A stretch of 64,000 bases of DNA from Nemertoderma westbladi. Taxonomy: Eukaryota; Animalia; Xenacoelomorpha. This document shows, piece by piece, positions 24,180 through 38,909 of this stretch (position 1 is the first letter of the stretch; each line of letters begins with the position of its first letter). The DNA is taken from NCBI GenBank assembly GCA_032718475.1, contig JAUCBJ010004675.1, positions 1 to 64,000 of the forward strand, read 5' to 3'. Position numbers and translations under genes: made by a program. Under the pieces are notes generated by a model. The model saw only the letters and a list, made by a program, of their open reading frames with translations. It ran no database searches and had not been told where the DNA came from.

Positions 24180-26086
24180 CATATACGCCTATAGGATCTA
24201 AGTTCGCCTATAGGATCTAAGATCGCATATAAGATCGAAGTTCGCCTATAGGTTCTAAGTTCGCCTATAGGATCTAAGTTCGCGTATAGGATCTAAGATC
24301 GCATATAGGATCTAAGTTCGCCTATAGGTTCTAAGTTCGCCTATAGGATCTAAGTTCGCGTATAGGATCTAAGATCGCATATAGGATCTAAGTTCGCCTT
24401 TAGGATCTAACTTCGCCTATATGATCTAAGTTCGCCTATAGGATCTAAGTTCGCCTATAGGATCTAAACAGAGTCTAGGATCTAAGTTAGCCTATATAGG
24501 ATCTAAGTTCGAGTCTACGATCTAAGATCGCGTCTAGGATCAAAGTTCGCCTCTAGGATCTAAGTTCGCCTTTAGGATCTAAGTTCGCCTATAGGATCTA
24601 AGTTCGAATATAGGATCTAAGTTCGCATATAGGATCTAGGTTCGCGTTTTGTATCTAAGATCGCACATAGAATCTAAGTTTGCGTATATGATCTAAGTTC
24701 GCCTATAGGATCTAAGTTTGCCTAGGATCTAAGTTCAAATATATGATCTAAGTTTGCATACGATCTTAGTTCGCGTATAGAATCTAAGTTCGCTTCTAGG
24801 ATCTTAGTTCGCGTCTAGGATCTAAGTTCGCATATAGGATCTAAGATCGCATATAGGATCTAAGTTCACCTATAGGATCTAAGTTCGCCTCTAGGATCTA
24901 AGTTCGCGTCTAGGATCTAAGTTCGCGTCTAGGATCTAAGTTCGCGTCTAGTATCTAAGTTTGCGTCTAGGATCTATGTTCGCGTCTAGGATCTAAGTTC
25001 GCATATAGGATCTAAGTTTGCAGTTTGCATCTAGGATCTAAGTTCGCATATAGGATCTAAGTTCGCGTCTAGGATTGAAGTTCGCGTCTAGGATCTAAGT
25101 TCGCATATAAGATCTAAGTTCGCGCCTAGGATCTAAGTTTGCCTATAGGATCTAAGTTGGCATATAGGATCTAAGTTTGCGTCTAGGATCTAAGTTCGCA
25201 TATAGGATCTAAGTTCGCGTCTAGGATCTAAGTTCGCATCTAGGATCTAAGTTCGCCTATAGGATCTAAGTTGGCATATAGGATCTAAGTTTGCATCTAG
25301 GATCTAAGTTCGCATATAGAATCTAAGTTCGCGTCTAGGATCTAAGTTCGCGTCTAGGATCTAAGTTCGCCTATAGGATCTAAGTTGGCATATAGGATCT
25401 AAGTTTGCATCTAGGATCTAAGTTCGCATATAGGATCTAAGTTCGCGTCTAGGATCTAAGTTCGCGTCTAGGATCTAAGTTTGCATATAGGATCTAAGTT
25501 CGCGCCTAGGATCAAAGTTTGCCTATAGGATCTAAGTTCGCATATAGGATCTAAGTTCGCGTCTAGGATCTAAGTTCGCGTATAGGATCTAAGTTCGCTT
25601 ATAGGATCTACGTTTGCGTCTAGGATCTAAGTTCGCATATAGGATCTAAGTTCGCGTCTAGGATCTAAGTTCGCGTCTAGGATCTAAGTTCGCGTATAGG
25701 ATCTAAGTTCGCTTATAGGATCTAAGTTTGCGCCTAGGATCTAAGTTCGCATATAGGATCTAAGTTCGCGTCTAGGATCTAAGTTCGCGTCTAGGATCTA
25801 AGTTCGCCTATAGGATCTAAGTTCGCCTGTAGGATCTAAGTTCAAATATATGATCTAAGTTCACATATAGGATCTAAGTTCGCGTATAGGATCTAAGTTC
25901 GCATATAGGATCAAAGTTCGCGTCTAGGATCTAAGTTCGCGTCCAGGATCTAAGTTCGCGTCTAGGATCTAAGTTCGCATATAGGATCTAAGTTCGCCTA
26001 TAGGATCTAATTTCGCCTATAGGATCTAAGTTCGAAAATAGGATCTAAGATCGCCTATAGGATCTAAGTTCGTGTATAGGATCTAA
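24180..26086. repeat. 19-bp satellite (TAGGATCTAAGTTCGCSTM), ~100 copies
   Basis: Directly visible head-to-tail array with CCTA/CATA/CGTC/CGTA variants. Confidence 0.97.
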
Positions 26087-27281
26087 ATTATCAAAAAAGA
26101 AAGACAGGCATCTGGCTGTTATCTTTGTTGACTTCTTCAAGGCCTTTGATTCAGTCTCACGCTCACGTATGTTCAGCATCCTTTCATTATATGGGATTCC
26201 TGATGAAATTATTGCAGCAATCAGATCAGTATACGATGGTTCGACAACATTTGTGTCAACTGTTGACGGTGACACAGAACCATTTGAAGTGTTATGGGGC
26301 GTCCTCCAAGGAGACACACTTGCACCATTCTTGTTCATTATTGTGGTTGACTATGTTCTACGCATGTCCTTAGATCATCATAATGATGATGGGGTGATGA
26401 TAACTTCACCTACTGGCTCCAGAAGTCGAGGAAATCCTGCCAAGTACCTAACTGATCTAGACTTTGCTGATGACTTAGGAGTACTCTCAGAATCATTAGA
26501 GGGAGCCCAACGGCTCCTCAGCTCATTAGAACATGCTGCTTCTAGTGTTGGTCTTTTTATTAACTCCAGAAAGACCAAAATTCTGACAGTTAACTTTGAA
26601 AGTCCTCAGCAAGTCTCTGATCGGATGAGCATAAGCTCAAAGGATGGTATGCTTGAGCATGTGGACGACTTCTGTTACCTGGGATCATGGATCCGGAAGT
26701 CAGGTGAGGACCTTCGAATACGTAAGGGAAAGGCATGGGCAGCCTTGAATAGGCTTTCCAGGATTTGGAAGTCACCAAGAATTAATCGGAAACTTAAGGT
26801 CCGATTATTTAGAGCAGCAGTAGTTCCAGTACTCCTCTACGGGAGTCCATGCTGGGCTCTAACTGCTGAGGACACCAAATCTCTGGATGGCACATTCACA
26901 AGAATGCTACGCTGGGTTCATTGTGTCAAGTACAATGCACACATCTCCAACCAGACACTATATAACATTGGAGGTGTCTCATTGGTTCCCCCAAGCTTGA
27001 CACTAGAACAAAATCGCCTCCGCTTTGCAGGACATTGCTTTCGCCGTGAGGACCAGCCAGTGCATAATCTTGTACTTTGGCAGCCTCATGGAGTGAATAA
27101 GCATGGTGGACAGCCCATGACTTTCTTGAGATGCATCTTAAAGGACACTGGCCTTAAAGATGTGGATGATCTAGCAAATGTCATGGGTGATAGGGAGTTG
27201 TGGCGGTGCAATTTTGTTGACAAGCCGGCACAGCATTCTTAAAAATGCAGCTGCAATGCAGCATGCCGATCCTAGTAGTAG
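26087..27281 (+). mobile_element. Second RTE copy (3' RT portion)
   Basis: FVDFFKAFDSV, GVLQGDTLAPFLF, FADD. Near-identical to 21557-22526 and has the same TAG tail. Confidence 0.92.
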
Positions 27282-28860
27282 AGCCTCATCTTCCGGTTCC
27301 TTCAGTATTATCTCGTTGTTCCAGGTTGTCCTTATGGGGATGTGTTTCCTAATGGCATTTGGTTCGAGCTTTATTGATTCCGCTTGTATGTTAGAGAAAA
27401 TCAAATCGATTGCGCTGCTTCCATTGTGACATATATATGTTGGTTCTTTGTTATTTTGTAGGCCTAAATCGAAGTCATCCATCAGTAACTGCAGAGCAGT
27501 TGCTTTTGGTTGGTCCTCTAGATCGATACGCGCATTGAAGTCTCCCCCGACTATTATTGGACCGTCGTAACTAACGGGAATATCGTCCAGCATAAACAGC
27601 ACTCCCTCAATGAGATCCTCCAGGGCTGTTGACGGGTTGAAGTAGCTACATGTAATGATACCAAAGTCTGTCGAGACTACAACATAATTATTGTCCTTAT
27701 TGAGATAAAACATGGGTTTAACCGTGGTTTTACAGCAATGGAAATCCCCCCTGAAGGCTGACCCCTAGGTCCTTTTGTAGCCGGACTTTCAAAAATGTAA
27801 AACCCTGGAATTTCAATCGGATCGGTTGCCATGGTTTCGGTTAGCATTATAATATCACACTGGAATATTGGATCCATATGAGATTGATTCATAATTGTTT
27901 CCAGTCCTTCAACATTCCATAGTACAACTGAAACCCTTCCCCTGTCGGTCTATGTAGCCTCTATAGTCGTTTTGGTCTGCTTGCTATGTCAGTTCCTGCG
28001 AACCGAGAGTCTCGGGCGGAGTCCAAACTGCGCGCGTTCCTCGTTACTTAATTTGTAATTCTTGATTATTATTCCCTCTTCCCAGATATCAGGATTCATT
28101 AGTGAGCTTCGCAAGTCCTGTGTGCAAACTAGATGAAACGATTTAGTCGTTGAATCTGGTTGAACGGTTAGAGGTATAACTGAATCGATTGCGATGCCCT
28201 CGGTATCCAGGTATTCTATGAGCTGATCCTTTGTGACTGTTTTGTCTAGGCGCCCGATGTACACATGGGTTTTCATCTGAGCAGGCGTTGTACCGGTATC
28301 GGGTTGGGATGCGGATTGGGCAGTCTGGAGGGTTCTGCCGGCCTTCCGTCCACGGCGTACTACGGAAAAGTTCTCGGTGAGACCTCCTGTGTCAATCTGG
28401 GTTGGTCGGTCAGGTGTCTGTTGCGGAGGGTGAATGGCCAAAGAGAATCGGTTTTGGCGGGAGATGTGAATCGGTTGTCGTGGGACGATAGGCGGTTCAT
28501 TTAACGGGGTTCTTGCAACGTTGTTGTAAGCTCGAGCGGGGTTTAGCCTGATGAGATCGTTTTTTGCCTGGATTGTTTCTCGCCTAGCTTCTGCTAGCTC
28601 TGTGCTTTTTTCCGCTAAATTCCCTAGCATTGTTACAAACAGCGAGTTCATTCTTACCAATCGGTCCGTAAAATGTCTTTCCTCCTCGTTTGTAACACTC
28701 TTCTTTTGTTTGAATTTTCTGACCAGTTGCATGAGCTCGTTCTGGATGTCCGCGAATTCGGTTGCTGACGCCATTTCTTTAATTACATTTATATAATACT
28801 GTTAAGTTTATTGATATTTATTTATAATAATAAGAACAGCACAGAGGCACGCAGTAGAGT
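27282..28860 (-). mobile_element. 5' part of a two-ORF LINE (ORF1 with coiled coil + RRM; ORF2 APE, frameshifted)
   Basis: ORF1 28774-27989 ends VYIGRL...SFHL...PDIWEEGIII. ORF2 has WNVEG, LTET, SGG, GGDFNARI, SAIDLIFSN. Truncated by the RTE 3' end. Confidence 0.8.
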
Positions 28861-29009
28861 AGTGGTAGTTTCCAGCAGTCAGGCAGTGCGATAAAAACTG
28901 TATAGCTACAGCAGTACAGCCCGACAGCTGTAGGCTGATATAGCCTAGGCCTAAAGTTATATCATTCTACCCATCATCAATTAAGCTCAGATTGAAGTTG
29001 AAGCTTCTT

Positions 29010-31354
29010 AAAGCTCGCATGTGTTATAAAACACAATACTAAAACATACGCAACAAAAATAATATAGAACACTTACTTAACCTCTGAACACATTTAGGTG
29101 CTCGTATGTGTTATAAAACACAATACTAAAACATATGCAACAAAACTAATATAGAACACTTAGAACACATTTAGGTGCTCGTATGTGTTATAAAACACAA
29201 TACTAAAACATACGCAACAAAAGTAATATAGAACACTTAGAACACATTTAGGTGCTCGTATGTGTTATAAAACACAATACTAAAACATACGCAACAAAAC
29301 TAATATAGAACACTTAGAACACATTTAGGTGCTCGTATGTGTTATAAAACACAATACTAAAACATACGCAACAAAAGTAATATAGAACACTTAGAACACA
29401 TTTAGGTGCTCGTATGTGTTATAAAACACAATACTAAAACATACGCAACAAAACTAATATAGAACACTTAGAACACATTTAGGTGCTCGTATGTGTTATC
29501 AAACACAATACTAAAACATACGCAACAAAACTAATATAGAACACTTAGAACACATTTAGGTGCTCGTATGTGTTATATAACACAATACTAAAACATACGC
29601 AACAAAACTAATATAGAACACTTAGAACACATTTAGGTGCTTGTATGTGTTATAAAACACAATACTAAAACATACGCAACAAAACTAATATAGAACACTT
29701 AGAAAACATTTAGGTGCTCGTATGTGATATAAATTACAATACTAAAACATACGCAACAAAACTAATATAGAACACTTAGAACACATTTAGGTGCTTGTAT
29801 GTGTTATAAAACACAATACTAAAACATACGCAACAAAACTAATATAGAACACTTAGAACACATTTAGGTGCTCGTATATGTTATAAAATACAATGCTAAA
29901 ACATACGCAACAAAACGAATATAGAAAACTTACTTAACCTCTGAACACATTTAGGTGCTCGTATGTGTTATAAAACTCAATACTAAAACATACGCAACAA
30001 AACTAATATAGAACACTTAGAACACATTTAGGTGCTCGTATGTGTTATAAAACACAATACTAAAATATACGCAACAAAACTAATATAGAACACTTAGAGC
30101 ACATTTAGGTGCTCGTATGTGTTATAAAACACAATACTAAAACATACGCAACAAAACTAATATAGAACACTTAGAACACATTTAGGTGCTCGTATGTGTT
30201 ATCAAACACAATACTAAAACATACGCAACAAAACTAATATAGAACACTTAGAACACATTTAGGTGCTCGTATGTGTTATAAAACACAATACTAAAACATA
30301 TGCAACAAAACTAATATAGAACACTTAGAACACATTTAGGTGCTCGTATGTGTTATAAAATACAATGGTAAAACATACGCAACAAAAATAATATAGAACA
30401 CTTAGAACACATTTAGGTGCTCGTATGTGATATAAAACACAATACTATAACATACGCAACACAACTAATATAGAAAACTCACTTAACCTCTGAACACATT
30501 TAGGTGCTCGCATGTGTTATAAAATACAATACTAAAACATACGCAACAAAACTAATATAGAACACTTAGAACACATTTAGGTGCTCGTATTTGTTATAAA
30601 ACACAAAACTAAAACATACGCAACACAACTAATATAGAAAACTTAGAACACATTTAGGTGCTCGTATGTGTTATAAAATACAATGGTAAAACATACGCAA
30701 CAAAACTAATATAGAACACTTAGAACACATTTAGGTGCTCGTATGTGATATTAAACACATTACTAAAACATACGCAACACAACTAATATAGAAAACTTAC
30801 TTAACCTCTGAACACATTTAGGTGCTCGCATGTGTTATAAAATACAATACTAAAACATACGCAACACAACTAATATAGAAAACTTACTTAACCTCTGAAC
30901 ACATTTAGGTGCTCGCATGTGTTATAAAATACAATACTAAAACATACGCAACAAAACTAATATAGAACACTTAGAACACATTTAGGTGCTCGTATGTGTT
31001 ATAAAACACAATACCAAAACATACGTAACACAACTAATATAGAAAACTTAGAACACATTTAGGTGCTCGTATGTGTTATAAAATACAATGGTAAAACATA
31101 CGCAACAAAACTAATATAGAACACTTAGAACACATTTAGGTGCTCGTATGTGTTATAAAACACAATACTAAAACATACGCAACACAACTAATATAGAAAA
31201 CTTACTTAACCTCTGAACACATTTAGGTGCTCGCATGTGTTATAAAATACAATACTAAAACATACGCAACAAAACTAATATAGAACACTTAGAACACATT
31301 TAGGTGCTCGTATGTGTTATAAAACACAATACTAAAACATACGCAACACAACTA
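29010..31354. repeat. 77-bp satellite (with 87-bp variant), ~30 copies
   Basis: GTGCTCGTATGTGTTATAAAACACAATACTAAAACATACGCAACAAAACTAATATAGAACACTTAGAACACATTTAG; some units carry an extra CTTAACCTCT. Confidence 0.97.
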
Positions 31355-33100
31355 AGTAGTGCGTGCGAGGTAGAAATTTTGGGCCGAAAACCGAACTGGG
31401 AATTAGTTAATATTTTATATTTAGTTAGATAAGCGAGTAGCTGGGAGTTTATTATTTGTTCGAATATTTTACTGAGGACTGGGAGAAGTGATATTGGTCT
31501 ATAGTTGTTAGAATCAGTTGGATCGTCAGCTTTGTATGAAGGAATAACAACCACGTTTTACGAATATTTTTAGAATTGTTTTCAAATTGAGTGGAGTAGT
31601 ATTGTTTTTCCGCTGATCGCAACGTTGAAGTCAATTTATTTCTGTAACATTTGAACTTTTTGGAATTTGTTTCTGTGGGATATTTTAAGTATTGACGATA
31701 GTCTATTTTTAGTTAGGGTACTATTTATTAGAGCATCAGTTATCCAGGGTTTATTTGGTACCTTTCGTGGGGGGACAATTTTTTTTGGTACGTGTTTGCT
31801 GCAAATATTTTCCAAGTCCTTATAAAATAGATCAAATTTTTTTTATCTGGAATATTGTTTGAGTTGAATGTCCGAATTCGGTGATTTAATTTCTTTAATA
31901 AAATTCTGTGAGTTAAATTTAGAAAAGTCAAATACAGAGTAATTTTTTGGTTTATTAAAATAACAAGAATAATTTTGGAGTAGAGTAAATGTCGGTTGAT
32001 GGTCAGATGTCCCGATTTTAACACGAAAAGTACCAGATTTAGTAACTGAAGTTGTGATGTTCGTAATTATATGGTATATACATGATTTGGTCCAAGGAGT
32101 TACGCGTGTAGGGTCATTTATTAATTGAATAAAGCCATATGAGTTGAGTAGGTTAATATATTCCATGGGATTATCTTGAGATGTATGTAGTGTGTTAAAT
32201 GTTAGTGTCTCCAGTTATAATGACGTCACAGTGCGAGTTAGCTAGATTAGATAAGGAAGAATCTAGTATAGAGAGAAAGTGTTCACGTTGTATAGCTTGC
32301 GTTACTGGTATAGAGTTCCTATAACTAGAGGTTTAGATTTTTGTCGTTTTATTTCAATCCAGGAGCTTTCAAGATCGCTAATTGTTAGATCGTCCCTTTT
32401 TGATACCTCGAGAGATTCTTTGACGTATATAGCAGCCCCCCCTCTATTTAATTTGCCAGTTTTACGGTTACCTAAAAATGGATCTTTGTAGCCACTAATT
32501 TTTATACTGTTACCAGGTGAGTTGTCCGTTAGAAATGTTTCAGAAAAGGTAAGTAAGTATGTCAAATTTGTTGTCAATTGTCAATAAAAAATCAGTTATG
32601 GCAGATAAATTGGCTGGTAAACTACGGCAGTTAAACTGAAACACAGAAAGCGAAGGATTATTGTCTGTAAATTTATTTTCGTTATTAAACATTTTTTCAG
32701 TGTAAGTACCTCCGTCTATATTTAGGTTTGTTAAATTACTATCAGGGTCGAGATGAGAAAATGTTTGATTAAAAATATTAATTTGGGATGATACATTATA
32801 ACCAGGAAATATGTCTAAATCATCTGTACTAACTGTGAAAAAAGGGAAAATTTGAGAATAACAGTATATACAATAAATGTCAGTTCGATTTCGCTCAGCA
32901 ATGAATAGTTCAGTCGGAAGTAGGTATGAGACACAGGGTAAGTGATATTGAACGGTGCATAGACTACAAATTATTATACTCATCAGTCGGATCGAATCTA
33001 GAATAGCAAAAATTACAGAAGTCGGGGGTGTGAAACATGGAGCAGTTGCACGCGGGGAAGGAGGAGGAAGGGAGGGGGGGGGGGGGGGGGGGGGTTACAA
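31355..33100 (-). mobile_element. Degraded CR1/L2-group LINE ORF2 (PHD, APE, RT N-terminus)
   Basis: C..C...YH..C PHD remnant, NCRSL, SETFL, RGGAAIY, PTRVT, SDH, NYRPISLLPVLSKIFE, QFGFR. Multiple frameshifts and a deletion. Confidence 0.85.
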
Positions 33101-33497
33101 CAATATATCCTAGAGTTTACGTAGACAACAAAAAAGCACGCACCAAAAGTAACACAGAATGGCCTACGTGAGGTACCGATAAATTATACCGCTACACTGC
33201 ACTAACATAAGGAAAAGCCTCTACTGAGCTTTATAATGTAGCATTAAAAACTAGTCCTAATTAACGAATATATAGTGGATATTGTTCTTGAGAATTAATA
33301 CAGTTCTAAATTGGACTTATTCTGAGATGTAATTAGTATAAAATTAGAGTGACCCATCATGGCAGTAAACAACCATCAAGTATAGAGTGGCCTATTACTC
33401 TAGATATCAGTTTCGGGATCATCGATGATCGGGGTAAAACTTGAGCGCAATCGACGAACGGAAGTGTTTGGACCGTGGTCGCCGGGAGATCCATATC

Positions 33498-36257
33498 CGG
33501 AATTGAGGACCTTAGGTTTATTACTAAATCTAGAATAGCTGGGATGACATATTATTGGTAGATGTGTGTCTGGAGATCCGTTGAAACATAGCGGAATTGA
33601 GGACCTTAGGTTTATTACTAAATCTAGAATAGCTGGGATGTGATGGGATGAGATTATTGAAAGATGTGTGTCTGGAGGTCCGGTGAAACATAGCGGAATT
33701 GAGGACCTTACGTTTATTAGTAAATCTAGAATAGCTGGAATGGGATGACATATTATTGGTAGATGTGTGTCTGGAGGTCCGTTGAAACATAACGGAATTG
33801 AGGACCTTAGGTTTATTACTAAATCTAGAATAGCTGGGATGACATATTATTGGTAGATGTGTGTCTGGAGGTCCGTTGAAACATAGCGGAATTGAGGACC
33901 TTAGGTTTATTAGTAAATCTAGAATAGCTGGGATGGGATGACATATTATTGGTAGATGTGTGTCTGGAGGTCCGTTGAAACATAGCGGAATTGAGGACCT
34001 TAGGTTTATTACTAAATCTAGAATAGCTGGGATGGGATGACATATTATTGGTAGATGTGTGTCTGGAGGTCCGTTGAAACATAGCGGAATTGGGGACCTT
34101 AGGTTTATTACTAAATCTAGAATAGCTGGGATGGGATGACATATTATTGGTAGATGTGTGTCTGGAGGTCCGTTGAAACATAGCGGAATTGAGGACCTTA
34201 GGTTTATTAGTAAATCTAGAATAGCTGGGATGGGATGACATATTATTGGTAGATGTGTGTCTGGAGGTCCGTTGAAACATAGCGGAATTGAGGACCTTAG
34301 GTTTATTAGTAAATCTAGAATAGCTGGGATGGGATGACATATTATTGGTAGATGTGTGTCTGGAGATCCGTTGAAACATAGCGGAATTGAGGACCTTAGG
34401 TTTATTAGTAAATCTAGAATAGCTGGGATGGGATGACATATTATTGGTAGATGTGTGTCTGGAGATCCGTTGAAACATAGCGGAATTGAGGACCTTAGGT
34501 TTATTAGTAAATCTAGAATAGCTGGGATGGGATGACATATTATTGGTAGATGTGTGTCTGGAGATCCGTTGAAACATAGCGGAATTGAGGACCTTAGGTT
34601 TATTAGTAAATCTAGAATAGCTGGGATGTGATGACATATTATTGGTAGATGTGTGTCTGGAGATCCGTTGAAACATAGCGGAATTGAGGACCTTAGGTTT
34701 ATTACTAAATCTAGAATAGCTGGGATGGGATGACATATTATTGGTAGATGTGTGTCTGGAGATCCGTTGAAACATAGCGGAATTGAGGACCTTAGGTTTA
34801 TTAGTAAATCTAGAATAGCTGGGATGGGATGACATATTATTGGTAGATGTGTGTCTGGAGATCCGTTGAAACATAGCGGAATTGAGGACCTTAGGTTTAT
34901 TAGTAAATCTAGAATAGCTGGGATGGGATGACATATTATTGGTAGATGTGTGTCTGGAGGTCCGTTGAAACATAGCGGAATTGAGGACCTTAGGTTTATT
35001 ACTAAATCTAGAATAGCTGGGATGGGATGACATATTATTGGTAGATGTGTGTCTGGAGGTCCGTTGAAACATAGCGGAATTGAGGACCTTAGGTTTATTA
35101 GTAAATCTAGAATAGCTGGGATGTGATGACATATTATTGGTAGATGTGTGTCTGGAGATCCGTTGAAACATAGCGGAATTGAGGACCTTAGGTTTATTAG
35201 TAAATCTAGAATAGCTGGGATGGGATGACATATTATTGGTAGATGTGTGTCTGGAGATCCGTTGAAACATAGCGGAATTGAGGACCTTAGGTTTATTAGT
35301 AAATCTAGAATAGCTGGGATGTGATACATATTATTGGTAGATGTGTATCTGGAGGTCCGTGAAACATAGCGGAATTGAGGACCTTAGGTTTATTAGTAAA
35401 TCTAGTTTAGCTGGGATGTGATAACATATTATTGGTAGATGTGTGTCTGGAGATCCGTTGAAACATAGCGGAATTGAGGACCTTAGGTTTATTAGTAAAT
35501 CTAGAATAGCTGGGATGGGATGACATATTATTGGTAGATGTGTGTCTGGAGGTCCGTTGAAACATAGCGGAATTGAGGACCTTAGGTTTATTAGTAAATC
35601 TAGAATAGCTGGGATGGGATGACATATTATTGGTAGATGTGTGTCTGGAGGTCCGTTGAAACATAGCGGAATTGAGGACCTTAGGTTTATTAGTAAATCT
35701 AGAATAGCTGGGATGGGATGACATATTATTGGTAGATGTGTGTCTGGAGGTCCGTTGAAACATAGCGGAATTGAGGACCTTAGGTTTATTAGTAAATCTA
35801 GAATAGCTGGGATGGGATGACATATTATTGGAAGATGTGTGTCTGGAGGTCCGTTGAAACATAGCGGAATTGAGGACCTTAGGTTTATTAGTAAATCTAG
35901 AATAGCTGGGATGGGATGACATATTATTGGTAGATGTGTGTCTGGAGGTCCGTTGAAACATAGCGGAATTGAGGACCTTAGGTTTATTAGTAAATCTAGA
36001 ATAGCTGGGATGGGATGACATATTATTGGTAGATGTGTGTCTGGAGGTCCGTTGAAACATAGCGGAATTGAGGACCTTAGGTTTATTAGTAAATCTAGAA
36101 TAGCTGGGATGGGATGACATATTATTGGTAGATGTGTGTCTGGAGGTCCGTTGAAACATAGCGGAATTGAGGACCTTAGGTTTATTAGTAAATCTAGAAT
36201 AGCTGGGATGGGATGACATATTATTGGAAGATGTGTGTCTGGAGGTCCGTTGAAACA
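33498..36257. repeat. 99-bp satellite, ~28 highly similar copies
   Basis: 99-bp period (e.g. 33886 to 33985); produces the long 33-aa-repeat minus-strand ORFs. Confidence 0.97.
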
Positions 36258-36611
36258 ATTAAATTTTGAATGTTTCTTATTTATTTAATAAATTATTCAA
36301 TGTAGAATATAGAACATACAGAACATTTAAACTATTAATGTACAAAATGTTTATTATTAGATTATACTAAATTTATAAATCTAAAAGTTTAAATTTTACA
36401 AATGCAAGCAACAAGGCAACATTATTTCTGCGATGGAAAATAATTCTAACTTTAATGCTTAATAGGTTGTATTAATTGTACATCAATCATCAATTTTATA
36501 TTTATTTGCCTTGCTACGCGGACCTAACAATATTTATAATGTAATAAAGACAACAACAAAGAAATACTATGGAAAAACTTATCTAAGTTCTTTTGAGTTC
36601 ATAATTGTCAA

Positions 36612-36955
36612 TCAAAATTGCACTAGCGAGTTTTTGTTATTTCTTATATAGTCTTTTATATTTCTCCAAGTTCTATCTTTTAAGACGGGAAATGTTGTTG
36701 ATCGTATAGACTCTATGACCTTTTTTCCAGGGAGTTCCGTTGTTTTTGTAGCTCGTAATCCTTTCATTACGGCCTCCCTCTCCTCCTTAGTCCAGGGTCG
36801 TTTATTTGAAACGCGATTTCTTTTCTTAGGTGACTCCTCTCTCTCAATTGCTTTCCTTTTTTTGGTTTCCCGGCCTTCATCATCTGTGCAATTGGAGCAT
36901 CTGGCAATCATTGGCAACTCCATCTGCGCAGGTTGTGCGTCTTCTCTGTTCATAT
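36612..36955 (-). CDS. Terminal exon encoding NLS + Myb/SANT-like domain
   Basis: Acceptor TTTGTTACAG precedes 36955. KKRK...PKKR, then RPWTKEE...PGK...LKDRTWRNIKDYIRN. Confidence 0.55.
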
Positions 36956-37199
36956 CTGTAACAAATCATTCCAACAAAATCATACCGCTATTTATTGTTT
37001 CTATTATCAAGTGCAAATACAATTTATTTTATTGGAAGATTTCAGAACAATGTTCTACAAGGTGTTCCCATTTTTTTTTAACGAAATTAAATTTTCTGTC
37101 GGTGTCAGTTCGTTTAATTTCAGTTTAATTTATAAATATATTTCTAATTAATAATATTTATTAATAAGTGAGTAAGTAAGTAAGTGAGTAAGTAAGTAA

Positions 37200-38496
37200 G
37201 GGGGGGGGGGGGGTACACCACCCTATGGACCTTTTTTGCAAATGGCTATAATTTCTGCTTGTTTGAATTGCTTGTATGTATTTTATACCTTTCGGGGGAT
37301 TAACATACGGCCAAAGATTGGGTTCAAAAAAAATTTTCAATTTTGCGTCGCCCTCTAGCGGCCACCAGCAAAATTGTTAATTTCACTTAAGGGCACGTGT
37401 TTGTGGTCAAAATTTAAAAAAATCAAAATTTTTTTTACGGATTCTGGATCAAAATTTAATGGCGATTTCAAACCTGAAAACGACAATGCGAGATCTATTT
37501 TAGCTCTCGAGTTATAGCTGTCTGTTTGTCTGTCAGTCGGTCAGTCTGACGAAATTTAAGAAACATGCAATGTACAATTTTGCCATACTGTAGGAATTTT
37601 CCCGTTTAGTGATTACATTTATAATGTCAGTCTCAACGACGTTTCATGTATTCTAGATTGTCTGTCATTCTGCCTGCCTGCCTGCATGTCTATCTGTCTG
37701 CCTGTCTGTCTTTCTGTTTGTTGGCCTGTCTGTCAGTCAAAAAGTAATGAATGAAATACACAACTGAAAATGTTGTTGTAGAGGTTTTCCTGGTCTATGA
37801 TTCCATTTCTTATGTCCGTTTTAACGGTTAAAGGATTCTAAATGGTCTATTAGGATGTCTGTCCGTCTGTTATATTTTGACGGACAGACCGACATGAATA
37901 CAGACCCAATACAAAGCCAATATATTTAAATATTGACATCAGAAATGGAATCACCGACCAGGAAAACCCCTTTAACAAATACAGCCAGACTGACAGACTG
38001 GAATTCATCAAACGTCAAAACTGACATCGGAAATACAATCACCATCCCAGAAAACCCCCATATCGAAAATTTTAGTTAAGAAGTATTCTTCCTTATTTTT
38101 TCAATACAATTTCAATTATCCCCCCATTTAACATACAATGGCGGGAAGGTTTGAAAACTTTAAATGGATTTTTCACTCATGTACCTGTTTCTCAGGAACT
38201 ACTGGACCAAATTGCATGAAATTTTCAGTATATGTTCTTCTACTAATCCTTATTTATAGGTGGTAGCACATTTAGACATGTGAGTTAGAAATTTAAAAAG
38301 TTACATCTCAAAAAACGGCCAAAATACGTGTTTTTTTCACTTTTTGCAAATAACATTTTTCACTTTGAAAATTTCTGGTGTTCACAATAATTTTTTTATT
38401 TTTTCTGCTACCACGTCTGAGACACATGCAAAATTAATTCCCCTCCAAATTTGGTCAAATCTCCAAATCGTGGTGTTTCATTGTCCGTTCCTTCTC
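37200..38496. mobile_element. Non-autonomous DNA transposon remnant(s) with Sola-like (GAG/CTC) terminus
   Basis: Ends CATTGTCCGTTCCTTCTC; internal TGTC/GACA repeats. The matching opposite end was not found. Confidence 0.3.
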
Positions 38497-38909
38497 CATT
38501 TGGTACTTCACACTGACTCTAAATGTCATTGTTTGGCTTGGCCTCTAGAGATAGCCTTCCGTCGTGACGCAAAACCTACCAATCAGCTGACTGCCATCAG
38601 CTCAACACTGATTGCATGCAACCGTCTAGGTCCAGTTGCTTTTTAGATTTTTACATACATTGGTCCTTTCGACTGTGGACCGCTAAGGTTTTTTACTTAA
38701 CAGCTTATATATATATCGATATTGATATTGATATCGATGTTGTCATATCATAAGGGCCTAATACTAAAGTCTCTTTTTTACAAAAAATAATGGGATTATT
38801 ATGATCCATTATGATATGATATGAGCCTGTAATTATAAATTAATATTAAAGTTTCTTGAAGCTATCAAACTATCAATCACTTCAAACTATCAATAACTTC
38901 TTAACTTAC

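Noticed and set aside
33530-36258. 599-, 481- and 283-aa ORFs as real proteins
   Set aside because: They are by-products of a 99-bp satellite with stop-free frames; frame-breaking units occur.
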